A stretch of DNA of 62,480 nucleotides from a virus (IMGVR_UViG_3300047276_000715:1-62480), one strand, 5' to 3'. Numbered from the stretch's first letter, positions 27,313-36,974 are shown. Program-made: numbers and translations. The notes: generated from the letters alone by a model not told the origin.

Positions 27313-27690
27313 TCAGCTAAGCCTCCCCACAATCGAATGCAGGATAGCGCTATCACCCCTCGGTGACAGCACGCCGACTATCTTTGCTGTTTTTGAAACG
27401 CCGCCTTGTGTGTATCTGATCGAATCAGTAGTGCGCGGAAAATAACCAGAAAGCTCGCTAGCCGCAATGACGAATTTTACGTCAGTCATTTGATACAGCC
27501 CCTGCAGCTCCTGTGGCTTCAGTTGCGCAAAAACAACTTTTACGGGGATTTCAGTGGCAGCGCCAGAAAGAACTCCTGTTGTTGGATTGTAAGTTGGGCT
27601 TGCGTTCGCCTTGATATAAGTAGCGCTTGATCCAAACTCCGAAAGCAGCGGGCCTGGAATTGAACCAAAAATGTCGTCAACAAGAGACAT
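27313..27690 (-). CDS. Head closure / head-tail joining protein
   Basis: 125 aa; TYNPTTG motif; synteny. Confidence 0.7.
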   Translation of the reverse strand: MSLVDDIFGSIPGPLLSEFGSSATYIKANASPTYNPTTGVLSGAATEIPVKVVFAQLKPQELQGLYQMTDVKFVIAASELSGYFPRTTDSIRYTQGGVSKTAKIVGVLSPRGDSAILHSIVGRLS

Positions 27691-27696
27691 AGCAGC

Positions 27697-28356
27697 TTAC
27701 AGCGGATTGCTATACCATCCACCAGTCGCAGGAAAGACCTGTCCACCGGCAAAACGAATCCTTCTAGGACGGAAGCCATTCCCGCCATAGTAAGGATCAA
27801 TCCTTGCTGTACTCGTTCTTGAAACGTAGGGCTGGTGGAAGCTGGGATCGGTGATGTAACGCTGCAAAATATCCATTGCAAACGGAGGAATGTAGTCAAC
27901 TCCTGTCTGCGGAATGTCACCTTGCTTGAACTTGACCCTCAGGGCTCCGTCGCCAAGCTCAACCTCGTCGTATTGATTCGTGCTGCGTAAGCTTGCCCCG
28001 CCATCATTTGCAGCAACAGCCGTGTAACCACCGCTGCTTCCAAGAAAAGCAGCCACATAAGCAACTGAAATCTCAAAGTCAATTGGAAGCTCGTCGGTCG
28101 GAAGCTGTCGTCCATCAACTTTGATCAGTCGCGGCCATGCCAAAGATTGAGATGCGTCGGCAACATAACCCTTCCACTTCAAGGGATTAATTGTCATTGT
28201 TGCCGCAACAAGAGATTGCTCTTTTTGCGTGGTTGTGAGCGCTAGCCATGCAGTAATGCCAGCGCTCGCGGGAAGCTCTCCCAGCAAAGAAGAGGCCCTC
28301 GCAACGCTCAGGAAAGAATTGGCGTCAGACGCCCCCAGGGTCGATACGAAGGCCAT
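27697..28356 (-). CDS. Head-tail adaptor (DnaT-like family)
   Basis: ANSFLSV, WKG......QSLAWPR motifs. Confidence 0.78.
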   Translation of the reverse strand: MAFVSTLGASDANSFLSVARASSLLGELPASAGITAWLALTTTQKEQSLVAATMTINPLKWKGYVADASQSLAWPRLIKVDGRQLPTDELPIDFEISVAYVAAFLGSSGGYTAVAANDGGASLRSTNQYDEVELGDGALRVKFKQGDIPQTGVDYIPPFAMDILQRYITDPSFHQPYVSRTSTARIDPYYGGNGFRPRRIRFAGGQVFPATGGWYSNPL

Positions 28357-28373
28357 GTCGGAAGCTCCCTAGC

Positions 28374-28544
28374 TCAGGCCTTGGCGGCAGCGGTCTTGGC
28401 CCGTGGAGCCGGCGCTGGGGCCTTCTCCTGGGGCTTCGGGGTCGGCATCGGGCAGTTCACAGGTGCCTCCTCGGCAGCGGCGGCCTCTTCGCGAGCCTTC
28501 AGCTCTTCTTGTTCACGCGCAAGGCGAAAAGTGGCGATTGACAT
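28374..28544 (-). CDS. Small protein downstream of capsid gene (56 aa)
   Basis: MSIATFRLAREQEELKAREEAAAAEEAPVNCPMPTPKPQEK... Confidence 0.65.
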   Translation of the reverse strand: MSIATFRLAREQEELKAREEAAAAEEAPVNCPMPTPKPQEKAPAPAPRAKTAAAKA

Positions 28545-28562
28545 GATGAAAAATGATAGTTG

Positions 28563-28583
28563 AAAGCCCCGCCGGAGCGGGGC
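28563..28583 (-). terminator. Terminator after major capsid gene
   Basis: GCCCCGC-TCCG-GCGGGGC-TTT. Confidence 0.75.
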
Positions 28584-28597
28584 AGTGACTACAGCGA

Positions 28598-29581
28598 TCA
28601 GATGTAGCAGCGAAGCTGCGTGATCCGAATGTTGCGGTTGTCGGTAAACACCTTCTGCCAGTTGGTGCCAGTGGCCAGTTCGGTGTTGGTGGGGGAGCTA
28701 CCAGCAGCGTTACCAGTCCAGCTGATCCCGTTCGGGTGAACGAGATAGTGGGTCCGATTGATCAGATAGTCGATACCTTTCAGGGAATCGCGATCTGGTT
28801 CGATCGGGGTCTTGGCGGGAGCGGTTGCGAAAGCAAAAGCACCAGGGCCGAAGAAGTAGGTGTGCAGCACGTCAGCGCCACCAGTGCCAGCGCCAGCGTC
28901 GATCGGCAGGGTGTCATCAACGAAGACCGGGCGACCCAGGTAGGTGCCAAGCTCCAGGCGTTGAGCGGACAGCCGCGTATCGAGCTGCGAGGTGCTGGAG
29001 GCCGGGACGATCAGATCCAGCTTCATCAGGGCGTAGTAGATGCGGGAGTGCATCAGAACGCCAGTCAGCTCCTGGCCTGCATCACCCAGCTTGGCGATAG
29101 CATCAACCATCACGCTCTGCGAGAGCTGAGTGCTGGTGCCGCCGGCAGCGTGGGAGGAAGTCAGGGGACCACCAGTTGCAAACATGCCCTTGATCGTGCT
29201 GATCAGGGTGGTTTGCATGTCGCGCACCCAGTATTGGCCGGTGCGACGAGCGATGGCCTGCATGGGATCGGAGCCGGCCAGTTCACCAGCCAGGTCAGAG
29301 GCCTTCCAGGCCTTACCACGCATGTTGCGAACGCCGGTTTGAACGTCGCCGGAGAGGGTGGCAGCGGTCAGGCCAACGGTGTCATCGAGGATCTCCGAAT
29401 CACCGGAGAGATCACCGAAGAAAGGAAGGTCGATGGTCTTGCCGCCCTTGGAAAACTCAGCCTGGATGGCTTCGTTCGTGACCATCAGGCCGGAGGTGAC
29501 AAGAGCGTTGCGGTTTTGCAGCTCTTCCTGCTGGTATTCCAGGAAAAGCTGAGGAATGAAAGGAATGCCAGCGAAGAGCAT
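28598..29581 (-). CDS. Major capsid protein (SPP1 gp13-like)
   Basis: GGKTIDLPFFGDLSGDSE, RGKAW..SDLA.ELAGSDPM.AI, MHS, YLGRPVFVDD, HPNGISW; strong codon bias. Confidence 0.92.
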   Translation of the reverse strand: MLFAGIPFIPQLFLEYQQEELQNRNALVTSGLMVTNEAIQAEFSKGGKTIDLPFFGDLSGDSEILDDTVGLTAATLSGDVQTGVRNMRGKAWKASDLAGELAGSDPMQAIARRTGQYWVRDMQTTLISTIKGMFATGGPLTSSHAAGGTSTQLSQSVMVDAIAKLGDAGQELTGVLMHSRIYYALMKLDLIVPASSTSQLDTRLSAQRLELGTYLGRPVFVDDTLPIDAGAGTGGADVLHTYFFGPGAFAFATAPAKTPIEPDRDSLKGIDYLINRTHYLVHPNGISWTGNAAGSSPTNTELATGTNWQKVFTDNRNIRITQLRCYI

Positions 29582-29615
29582 TGTCTTTGCCTCAAGGGAA
29601 AAAGATGAACGGGTT

Positions 29616-29702
29616 GCGGCACCGCCGCCGATGTGAAAAGAAAGACTTGCTTCGGTACAACCGAGCGGTGAGCACTGCGGCTCGGGGGTGAGGCACCGCC
29701 TC
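29616..29702 (-). promoter_or_regulatory. Capsid mRNA leader with repeated NGU-loop hairpins
   Basis: GAGGC-GGT-GCCTC, TCGGT-TGT-ACCGA, GCGGC-GGT-GCCGC. Confidence 0.6.
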
Positions 29703-29733
29703 TATCACTGACAGAGTAGCAACTGTTTTGCTG

Positions 29734-29916
29734 TCAGCGCTTTTTCCTGCTGCTCGGCTTGGGCTTTTTCTGCTTCATGCCGCTTTCGCTTGCTGCAATT
29801 GCAATTGCCTGAGCACGAGTTGTAACTTTTGCGCCAGAAGATGACTTAAGTTTTCCGCTATAAAACTCACGCATTACCCTGCCAAACTTGGCTTGTTGTT
29901 TTGTTTCTTTTTTCAT
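29734..29916 (-). CDS. Small basic protein, DUF6496-like
   Basis: KFGRVMREFYSGKLKSSSG.KVT.R.QAIAIA.SE. Confidence 0.8.
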   Translation of the reverse strand: MKKETKQQAKFGRVMREFYSGKLKSSSGAKVTTRAQAIAIAASESGMKQKKPKPSSRKKR

Positions 29917-29935
29917 GATAGTAAGGCAATTTAAT

Positions 29936-29959
29936 AAAAAAGCCCCGTCAGAGCGGGGC
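29936..29959 (-). terminator. Rho-independent terminator
   Basis: GCCCCGC-TCTG-ACGGGGC-TTTTTT. Confidence 0.8.
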
Positions 29960-29981
29960 CTGGGATCTCAGCAGGAAGTGA

Positions 29982-30278
29982 TCAGGGGGTCACGTCGAGG
30001 GTCCAGCCCTTGCCAGTAGCAACAGCCTTCTGAGGGTTGGTCAGAGCACCAACGCCAGCACAGCCGCTGATGTCCAGGGTCTGAGTGCCGGTGACGGTCG
30101 GCAGACCATCAAACAGAGAGACGAGCTGGGCGGTGGTGTAGACGGTCGGCATGACCAGAATCGAGCCAGTGCGCAGGCCAGCGCCAGCGCCATAGCAGAT
30201 CCGAATGCCGGAGATCATCTCTTCGACTTCAGTGGTGACCTGGCGGCCAATGATGTTTTGGTCAGTCTTGTAAGGCAT
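29982..30278 (-). CDS. Probable head decoration/structural protein
   Basis: 98 aa, capsid-like codon bias, own terminator; ends AVATGKGWTL. Confidence 0.7.
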   Translation of the reverse strand: MPYKTDQNIIGRQVTTEVEEMISGIRICYGAGAGLRTGSILVMPTVYTTAQLVSLFDGLPTVTGTQTLDISGCAGVGALTNPQKAVATGKGWTLDVTP

Positions 30279-30355
30279 GGCGATTGAGGTGAGCGCTCGA
30301 ACACATGCTAGGAGTCCCCGCGAGGTCTAGCCTTTGCATAGTTTTAGGAGGAAGT

Positions 30356-30547
30356 GTGTCAGAAAAACGAACCTGGAACTCACCAATACGTGAACCATGG
30401 AATCCAGTCATTCGCAATATACTTCAAGCGATTGATACTCACAATCAGCTCTACTTTAAGACAGGAAAACCATGGCACTTGCAGAAAGCGCAAGAGCTAA
30501 GGGGTTATGTAATAGAGTTGAAGGAATGGATTGCAAGTAATGAATAA
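30356..30547 (+). CDS. Hypothetical protein (opposite strand within head module)
   Basis: AGGAGG RBS, GTG start; WNSPIREPWNPVI...LRGYVIELKEWI. Confidence 0.7.
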   Translation: MSEKRTWNSPIREPWNPVIRNILQAIDTHNQLYFKTGKPWHLQKAQELRGYVIELKEWIASNE

Positions 30548-30556
30548 ACCCCTTAT

Positions 30557-30829
30557 CTACCATTTTTCCTTATCTGCCCAATAAGCCGCACTCATCTTTC
30601 CTTTAGCAATGTTCTTGGCGTGCCTTGCTTTAAAGGAACGCTGACGAGCTTTTTCTGCTTCAGTGCGCGGATTACTGCCAGCCCCTCTGACGCCCTGCTG
30701 CCCAAAGCGAATCAGTTTGACTTCGCCGTTTTCTTTTGCAAGTACAGCATGTGACTTAGTTGGGTGATTAGGCGTTCTCTTGGGTTTATTGTAACCTTCA
30801 AAAGTTTCACCACGATAAGTAATTGACAT
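30557..30829 (-). CDS. Conserved small basic phage protein
   Basis: GYNKPKRTPNHPTKSHAVLAK...IRFGQQG...FKARHAKNI..SAAYWADKEKW. Confidence 0.8.
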   Translation of the reverse strand: MSITYRGETFEGYNKPKRTPNHPTKSHAVLAKENGEVKLIRFGQQGVRGAGSNPRTEAEKARQRSFKARHAKNIAKGKMSAAYWADKEKW

Positions 30830-30861
30830 TTTTCGGTGATAGCTACCAAAACTGTAGCAAT

Positions 30862-30882
30862 AAAAAAAGCCCCCGAAGGGGC
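30862..30882 (-). terminator. Terminator after scaffold gene
   Basis: GCCCC-TTCG-GGGGC-TTTTTTT. Confidence 0.85.
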
Positions 30883-30905
30883 CGTTCATCAACCACCGCT
30901 TCAGG

Positions 30906-31745
30906 CTACATGGATTGCAGCGCTCGGCCCAGGACGGGATCGAGCTTGCCGGCCAGGCGAGCCTCGGCGATCAGCCGCTTCGCCTTGTCAGGGTCTTTCT
31001 GCAGGATCTCAGCGGCCTTCGTCGCGTTCAGGCTGTCCTTGTTGAACGGGTTGTTCGAGTAGGTAGGTGCATTTGCACGACTTGTCGTCATGCCAGAACC
31101 AGTTGCGCCACTTCCTGCAAAGTAAACGGCAAACTCTTCGTCATCGCGCAGGCGAGACACGGCATCGCGCAAAGACACCGGGTCTTCCTCTGACCCAAAA
31201 ACAACGGTGCTTTCGTCGTCGAGAAGACGGAACTTCTCTTTCAGCAACTTGTAGAGGTGAGAAGGACGACGGCACTCAACCTTCGACAATTCATCTGTGA
31301 CGAATCGCTCAAGTTTGTTTTCGCGACGCTTTTCGCGTTCGTTGTTGCGCTCCTGCTCAAGGGACTCGTTCACCTTGCGCAGGTCGGACAGTTCTTTGCG
31401 AAGCGAGGCGAATTGCGCCTTCACGGCCTCGTCCATGGCCTCGGAGGGTGTCTGTCCCTGCGGAGCGGCAGGAGCCTCTCCCTGAGGCGCAGAGCCCTGA
31501 GCTGAGGCCTTCGAGAGAGCGGAGATGCGCTCGGCGATGTCGGATTCGTCCAGGTCGTCGGTCAGCTCAATGCCAGCAACTTTCAAAAAGCTGTCGATTG
31601 TCTTTTTCTTCTTGAGATCCTTGAGCAGTCCTTGATTCGTTGCCTTGAGTTTGACGCTTTCGCTTTCAATGGACTCCGCTTTTTTCTGCAGAGCCTGAAT
31701 CAGCGTAAGCGCATCCTCAAGGGTTTCAGGGGTGTGGTCAGACAC
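30906..31745 (-). CDS. Capsid scaffolding protein
   Basis: Coiled-coil, GSGATGSG linker, NPF...NAT...DPDKAKRL C-terminus; follows portal. Confidence 0.8.
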   Translation of the reverse strand: MSDHTPETLEDALTLIQALQKKAESIESESVKLKATNQGLLKDLKKKKTIDSFLKVAGIELTDDLDESDIAERISALSKASAQGSAPQGEAPAAPQGQTPSEAMDEAVKAQFASLRKELSDLRKVNESLEQERNNEREKRRENKLERFVTDELSKVECRRPSHLYKLLKEKFRLLDDESTVVFGSEEDPVSLRDAVSRLRDDEEFAVYFAGSGATGSGMTTSRANAPTYSNNPFNKDSLNATKAAEILQKDPDKAKRLIAEARLAGKLDPVLGRALQSM

Positions 31746-31765
31746 GAAAAATCATTGTTGACTCA

Positions 31766-33499
31766 CTACATGGTAGCACCATCAGCTTCATTTGCTTCAA
31801 CAGCGCCTTCGGTCATTTCGCGATCATGTCCTTCGCTGAGCATGTGTGAGTTATCGACCGGCACCTGGCCTCTGTTTGGGGATTGCGCAGCATTGCCACC
31901 GCCAGCACCAACACCAATGTCCTTCGCGGTTTCACTGCCATCAAGCCCCATGCTTTCCAGGAGATCATGAACGCTGAAGTTCGGGAGACCTTCAAACATT
32001 TCGCCCGCCTCAAGCATTTTCAAGAACATTTCAATTGTGATAACATTACTATCCTTGAACAGCGTATTAAGAGCAAGAACCTGCTGCGAATGCAGCTTGA
32101 CAGGAATGAAGTTCTTGCTAATTGTAATTTGCACTTTCTCAATTGAACGATATGCCGAGGCGTACAGCAGGGCGCGATTGATCGAGTCTTGCAGCCCTTG
32201 AACCAGTACGGCGAGCTGAGAATCGCTTTGTGAACGATCAAGCAACTTTGCAAAACCAGATTCGGCCTGTGTTTTGCTGGTTGTCATTGCAACAGCAGCA
32301 AGTCGTTCCATCGCCGCTTCAATTCGACGCAGATTTTCGAGCGTAACCGAGGCTCCTTCCATAGAAGCACTCATCAAATTGAATTTTGCGTCTGGATTTT
32401 GCGAGAACATCGCACGTCCAGCACCTGCCTTGATTTCGTCATCTGGCCTGACACCAGTTCCGGTAAGGATTGGCGAGGAGGTGAGGTGAATTGTCTCTGC
32501 AAGATCAGCAGAAACACTCCAATGATGCAAGTTAAGGCGTGCAATATCAAAAAGAAGTGGGCGGGCGCGGAAATATGCCTCTTTTTTGCCTCCAAACACC
32601 GGGACAAAGGGAATGAATGACACGGAAAGATAACTTGTCTCCTCAAGACGGTATTTATCAACCGAATCGGTCCCATTCAGCTTTGTGTAAAGACGATGAC
32701 GAACGCGCTGTCCCTCAACAAAGCTTTCTGGTGTGTCAGAAAACTCAGAGATTGTATTATCTGCCATGTTTACAATATCGTAAACACGAACGGCAGGGAC
32801 AACTTCTTCAAAAAACTCGTTATTCTCGCTCTTGCGACGAACTTCTGTCTTCAGTCGCAGGTAGATCGGGAATGCACCAAAGATGTTTTCCGTGCCAACT
32901 TGAGCATTGAAGACATCATATCTACACTCAAGCACTTGATCATAGCGCATAAGCACAAGATATGGACGAGGATTTAGCCTTTTCTCCTCGCTCGCGCTCA
33001 AATTTGCTGGCAGCTTCGGGTATTCGACCCAGATCCCGGACACACCGCCATCCAGGGCCTCGGTGAAGGCCTCCTTCGAGAACGAGACGAGAGAATGCCC
33101 CTCCAGGTCAACGTCATCGAAGAAATTTCCCCATTCAGGAGGGATCATTTCAGGCACAGCAACACCTTTTCGCAGCGCCGTACCAGTGACTAGATCGCGA
33201 AGATGTGAGTAGTAATTCTGAAAGCTACTCTGTGATCGTGTTTTGCGAACTTCGTAACTCTGATTTTCTTCTAAATAGTCTTTTGGAAGGTATTCTTCCG
33301 ATGCCTCAAGTAAGTAGTATTCAGGAAGCGTGCAAAAACGAATAGGGGCGAGACGAGAAAACTGCTCAGCTTGCTCAAGCGAGTAGGCATCAACACCGGA
33401 TACCTCCTCAAACGCCTGTTCGTATTCAGGATGACGACGCTCAAACGGAAGTGTCAGGTTATCGGTTGTCGGAACCAGCGAATTAGGGATGAGCGTCAC
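31766..33499 (-). CDS. Portal protein (DUF4055-type)
   Basis: YLPK...E...Y..R, DDVDLEG, RPYL, IPFVPV, PLL.DIA.LNLHHW..SAD. Confidence 0.9.
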   Translation of the reverse strand: MTLIPNSLVPTTDNLTLPFERRHPEYEQAFEEVSGVDAYSLEQAEQFSRLAPIRFCTLPEYYLLEASEEYLPKDYLEENQSYEVRKTRSQSSFQNYYSHLRDLVTGTALRKGVAVPEMIPPEWGNFFDDVDLEGHSLVSFSKEAFTEALDGGVSGIWVEYPKLPANLSASEEKRLNPRPYLVLMRYDQVLECRYDVFNAQVGTENIFGAFPIYLRLKTEVRRKSENNEFFEEVVPAVRVYDIVNMADNTISEFSDTPESFVEGQRVRHRLYTKLNGTDSVDKYRLEETSYLSVSFIPFVPVFGGKKEAYFRARPLLFDIARLNLHHWSVSADLAETIHLTSSPILTGTGVRPDDEIKAGAGRAMFSQNPDAKFNLMSASMEGASVTLENLRRIEAAMERLAAVAMTTSKTQAESGFAKLLDRSQSDSQLAVLVQGLQDSINRALLYASAYRSIEKVQITISKNFIPVKLHSQQVLALNTLFKDSNVITIEMFLKMLEAGEMFEGLPNFSVHDLLESMGLDGSETAKDIGVGAGGGNAAQSPNRGQVPVDNSHMLSEGHDREMTEGAVEANEADGATM

Positions 33500-33549
33500 T
33501 GCTTTAGCGCCTTTTCAAGCATTGTAGCCACCATCTCGCTTTGTAGGTC

Positions 33550-34950
33550 TTAGCGCCAGCGCTGTCCACGATTCATCCCGATGCCAGGACGCGGCATAGA
33601 CTGCCAAACCAAATAACGCAAGGCGTCGCCAAAGTGCGAGAAATCTCTACTACCACCCTTGGCGGGTCGCAAGGTGTTGTCATAGCCCCAGCTTTCCATC
33701 ATCTCAATCACGTCATGACAAGTAGATGGATTGATAAGTATCTGTCCACGATGCAAGCAATTGTTCGTGTGTGAAACAGTTTCTGCAACGGGTGGGTTTC
33801 GGCGTTCTGCAATCACCTTGCATCCTGCTTCACGCAAAATATCGTGATCACTCATGGTTGAAGAAGTGCTGGCGTGTGAACCAGAGCTATCCGGGTAAAC
33901 GACAACCATCCCCTTCGCCAGGTGTATCGGGAAGCGTCGCTTGATGTGCTCAGCAAGAGCGAATGTATCTCTGCAAAGAAATTCCTCAAAGACATGCAGT
34001 TGCTGCCCTTGCGGTGACTGTCGCATGACTGAGTAAACGCTAGAGCTTTTGCCAACGTTGAAGTCACACCCGATAAGCACTGGTTCGTTCTGTTCTGCAT
34101 GAAACACGCTTGTAACGTGCTTCTCTCGCATAAACTCGGAGAAGACGGTTGCGGTTTCAAGGTTGACGAACAGGCCCTTGATGTAGGCATCAGCAAGATG
34201 CTGTGGGTAGTTTGCAAGAAGGTCTTTGACGTAGTTTTCATCAAGGTGCGGGTTCTGCCTTGTGTCTGCTCTATAAATCGCTTTGTCATCTGTTTTATTC
34301 TTCTCAAAGAAGTTCCAAACAAACTTACGACCTTCTGGCGTAGATGCGAAGCAAATTTGAGGACACTTGCCAACGCGAACACGACCTTGCAGTTTGATCA
34401 ACGCAGCTTCTGCAATTTCTTGCTTAACAGTGTCAGCTTCGTCAATAACAAGCGACGCAGCGTTGATACCCACCAATCGCTCAACGTTCATCAAGGGGCG
34501 AAGGAGGATGGTTGTTTCTCCTTTCGGAAGATGCAACGTAAAGCTCGGTTGAGGTGAAATCCTCATCGAGTACGGAATATCGTACTTGTCAAGCAGTTTT
34601 GTCCATGTAGGAATTGCGATGTCATTCAACATCACATAAGTAGGTTCAAGATAAATATGAAACTCACCTTGACTGCGAAACGCAAGAAGAATCGCTTTAG
34701 CAACACTGCTGTATGACTTCCCACTACCAAGGCCTCCGACATAGAGAACATATCTTTGTTCCCAGTTGCAAACAAAATCACGTTGATGCGGGAGCAGATC
34801 AGCAAGGATTCTCGCCTCTGCTGCGTCAACATCAAATCTTGAGTTTGTTCGTGCTCGCAATCTCTTGATTGCTGAGTTTGCCTCAAACAGCCCAAGCCCT
34901 TGCAATGACGCCCTGTCTGCGTATTTTCCGCTACGTGATTTTGCTGGCAT
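33550..34950 (-). CDS. terL: Terminase large subunit
   Basis: LLPHQ, Walker A GGLGSGKS, Walker B LVIDEAD, STPEG, GCDFN, HFGDALRY. Confidence 0.95.
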   Translation of the reverse strand: MPAKSRSGKYADRASLQGLGLFEANSAIKRLRARTNSRFDVDAAEARILADLLPHQRDFVCNWEQRYVLYVGGLGSGKSYSSVAKAILLAFRSQGEFHIYLEPTYVMLNDIAIPTWTKLLDKYDIPYSMRISPQPSFTLHLPKGETTILLRPLMNVERLVGINAASLVIDEADTVKQEIAEAALIKLQGRVRVGKCPQICFASTPEGRKFVWNFFEKNKTDDKAIYRADTRQNPHLDENYVKDLLANYPQHLADAYIKGLFVNLETATVFSEFMREKHVTSVFHAEQNEPVLIGCDFNVGKSSSVYSVMRQSPQGQQLHVFEEFLCRDTFALAEHIKRRFPIHLAKGMVVVYPDSSGSHASTSSTMSDHDILREAGCKVIAERRNPPVAETVSHTNNCLHRGQILINPSTCHDVIEMMESWGYDNTLRPAKGGSRDFSHFGDALRYLVWQSMPRPGIGMNRGQRWR

Positions 34951-34980
34951 CGTTTCCGCTCTCTTGTTTTTACTATAGCG

Positions 34981-35235
34981 TCACTTTTTCTTGCGACGAT
35001 GCTGATAGCTTATTTTCTTTGAACTTGTTTTTTCGCGCTTGAACTTACGCTTCTCTGCTGCGGTCAGCTCTTTTGAAGTCTTCGGCGTATCGGCAGAAAC
35101 TCTCCTGGAAGGCCTACAGGCCGGGTATCCACGCCGCTTCTCCCCCTCCGATCGCCCACAAGGCTTGCCGGTCTTGATGTCCACCCACTCTTCGTCGAAC
35201 CAGCGCGTCAGCCCTGATTTCGCCCTGCCAGGCAT
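34981..35235 (-). CDS. Conserved small basic phage protein
   Basis: GLTRWFDEEWVDIKTGKPCGR...YPACRPSRRVS..TPKT. Confidence 0.8.
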   Translation of the reverse strand: MPGRAKSGLTRWFDEEWVDIKTGKPCGRSEGEKRRGYPACRPSRRVSADTPKTSKELTAAEKRKFKREKTSSKKISYQHRRKKK

Positions 35236-35244
35236 CGCACCGCC

Positions 35245-35394
35245 TCAACTCACCACACGATACTTCCCACCACGCTTCTTGTATTCACGTACCAACCAAG
35301 CATTTGCGTAAGCGCTAGGATAAACCTTAAACTTGCGCTTTGCTGCAGCCTTTACGCGAGCATATAAAGCTTTGTCGGTGGGGACGTTTTTCAT
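35245..35394 (-). CDS. Conserved small basic protein (DUF5872-like, 49 aa)
   Basis: MKNVPTDKALYARVKAAAKRKFKVYPSAYANAWLVREYKKRGGKYRVVS. Confidence 0.75.
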   Translation of the reverse strand: MKNVPTDKALYARVKAAAKRKFKVYPSAYANAWLVREYKKRGGKYRVVS

Positions 35395-35411
35395 TTGACT
35401 TTTTTAACTGC

Positions 35412-36170
35412 TCACACCCTAGCGCCTTTCGGAAGTCTGTGATACAGCATTTCCTTGCTGTGAGTATTGTTACCTTCAGCTTTTCTTGACGTAACTGATT
35501 TTCTAAAAAATTCAAAAGGTAGATAGTCTGGCGCTTTGCTGGTTTTAGGGCAAATTGCTTCACATACAATTACCTGACCAGCAAGATTGTCAACGGCTAT
35601 TGATAGTCTTTTGTAATCAAATTCACTTTTTGCCCTGTATCTGTAATTATAGAGATATGGCGGATCAATAAACCATGTGACTTCTGGGTCATTTTTCAGG
35701 TCCGACTCAAGCACGTCAAAGCCGTCCCGGAACACCTCCCAGTGCTTTACCGCCTGGATGTCTCTTGAGACCCTTGACCGAGTGCTTTCGGTCCACTGAC
35801 CAGGCATGTTGCCCCACGGAGAGATCGTCCAACAGTCGCCAACGTTATTTGTTCTTTGCCAGTTCTTTAATAGCAACTGCTGCCCCTTTTGCATCGGGAG
35901 AATCCTTATGTCCATTCCAACTGGAAGCTCGACCGGAATATCGGTTATATCTTCGCTTTGTGCATTCTCTACAAGCCATTTCCAAAGCTCGTAAATATGC
36001 AAGTCTGCTTCTGCAATTTTAACAATTGTGGTATTGTGTCTAAGCGAGTATCCGGCGCCTCCTGCAAATGGTTCAATAATCTTATTGCCATGCGGCGCTG
36101 GATAATACCTTGAACCTTGCCACTTAGAGCCAAACCATTTAAAAAGCGGTCCGCTGACTTTTGCGCTCAT
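35412..36170 (-). CDS. DNA N6-adenine methyltransferase (Dam/D12-like)
   Basis: FKWFGSK, EPFAGGAG (motif I), FIDPPY (motif IV). Confidence 0.85.
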   Translation of the reverse strand: MSAKVSGPLFKWFGSKWQGSRYYPAPHGNKIIEPFAGGAGYSLRHNTTIVKIAEADLHIYELWKWLVENAQSEDITDIPVELPVGMDIRILPMQKGQQLLLKNWQRTNNVGDCWTISPWGNMPGQWTESTRSRVSRDIQAVKHWEVFRDGFDVLESDLKNDPEVTWFIDPPYLYNYRYRAKSEFDYKRLSIAVDNLAGQVIVCEAICPKTSKAPDYLPFEFFRKSVTSRKAEGNNTHSKEMLYHRLPKGARV

Positions 36171-36259
36171 TCCATTCTCCTGTTTATTCAAGAATCAGAG
36201 AGGCGAGGTAAAGAATCAATGCACAAACAGCAATGTATGCTGCTGATAGCAGTGCAAGA

Positions 36260-36487
36260 TCATGCAAGGTCATCGTTCTTCACCTCAACTAAAGAGTAGC
36301 GCGTCCTCACTGTTTCGAGTGCTCTTGTAATTGCATCAACCTGATCCAGGTCAGGGTAAAACTCAACACGACAAAACACGGCACTGTCAGCATCTAAGTC
36401 AATCGTAATTCGTTTGATGTATTTTTGCTTAAGTCCTAGTGCTTCAATAATCTGTCTTGAACAGGCACTGGCAGGAGTGATCGACAT
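36260..36487 (-). CDS. Hypothetical protein
   Basis: 75 aa ORF with a GC-TAGGGT -10 box upstream. Confidence 0.65.
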   Translation of the reverse strand: MSITPASACSRQIIEALGLKQKYIKRITIDLDADSAVFCRVEFYPDLDQVDAITRALETVRTRYSLVEVKNDDLA

Positions 36488-36974
36488 TGCATTGCGCTCA
36501 ATAGCCCGACTGTCACCCTAGCATCTTTGCCTTGATGAGTGCTGCTATTTGTAATTAACTGTGTGAGAATAGGTACTAAAAAAAATTGCAGATATTAACT
36601 TGTGAAAAGGGTCGAGGGGGGTGTTTTAGTTGACGAGTTGGTAGTAATATTTTGTGAGCAAGAAATAAGTTGGGAAAGGTTGGTATGGGGGTATTTTGTA
36701 AGTAGTGACTAGAATGGGGGAAAATAATTCGGGTGGGGGGAGCCAATGAAAAAGGGGCAAAATATAACTTACCCCCGGTGAATTTAGATTTATTAGTGAA
36801 AATAGATTCCGTGTTTTGTCAGCCTAAGGCTAAATTCATCGACAGAACAATAGGCCACGGCTATAATTTTTTGTTTGGTCCTGGATTCTACTCTGATTTG
36901 ATTCCCGGAAATTTCGTAGATTTCGTAAATTCCGTGCCTGTCGTGATTCTGGAAATCAGCCATGATTTTCAAAG

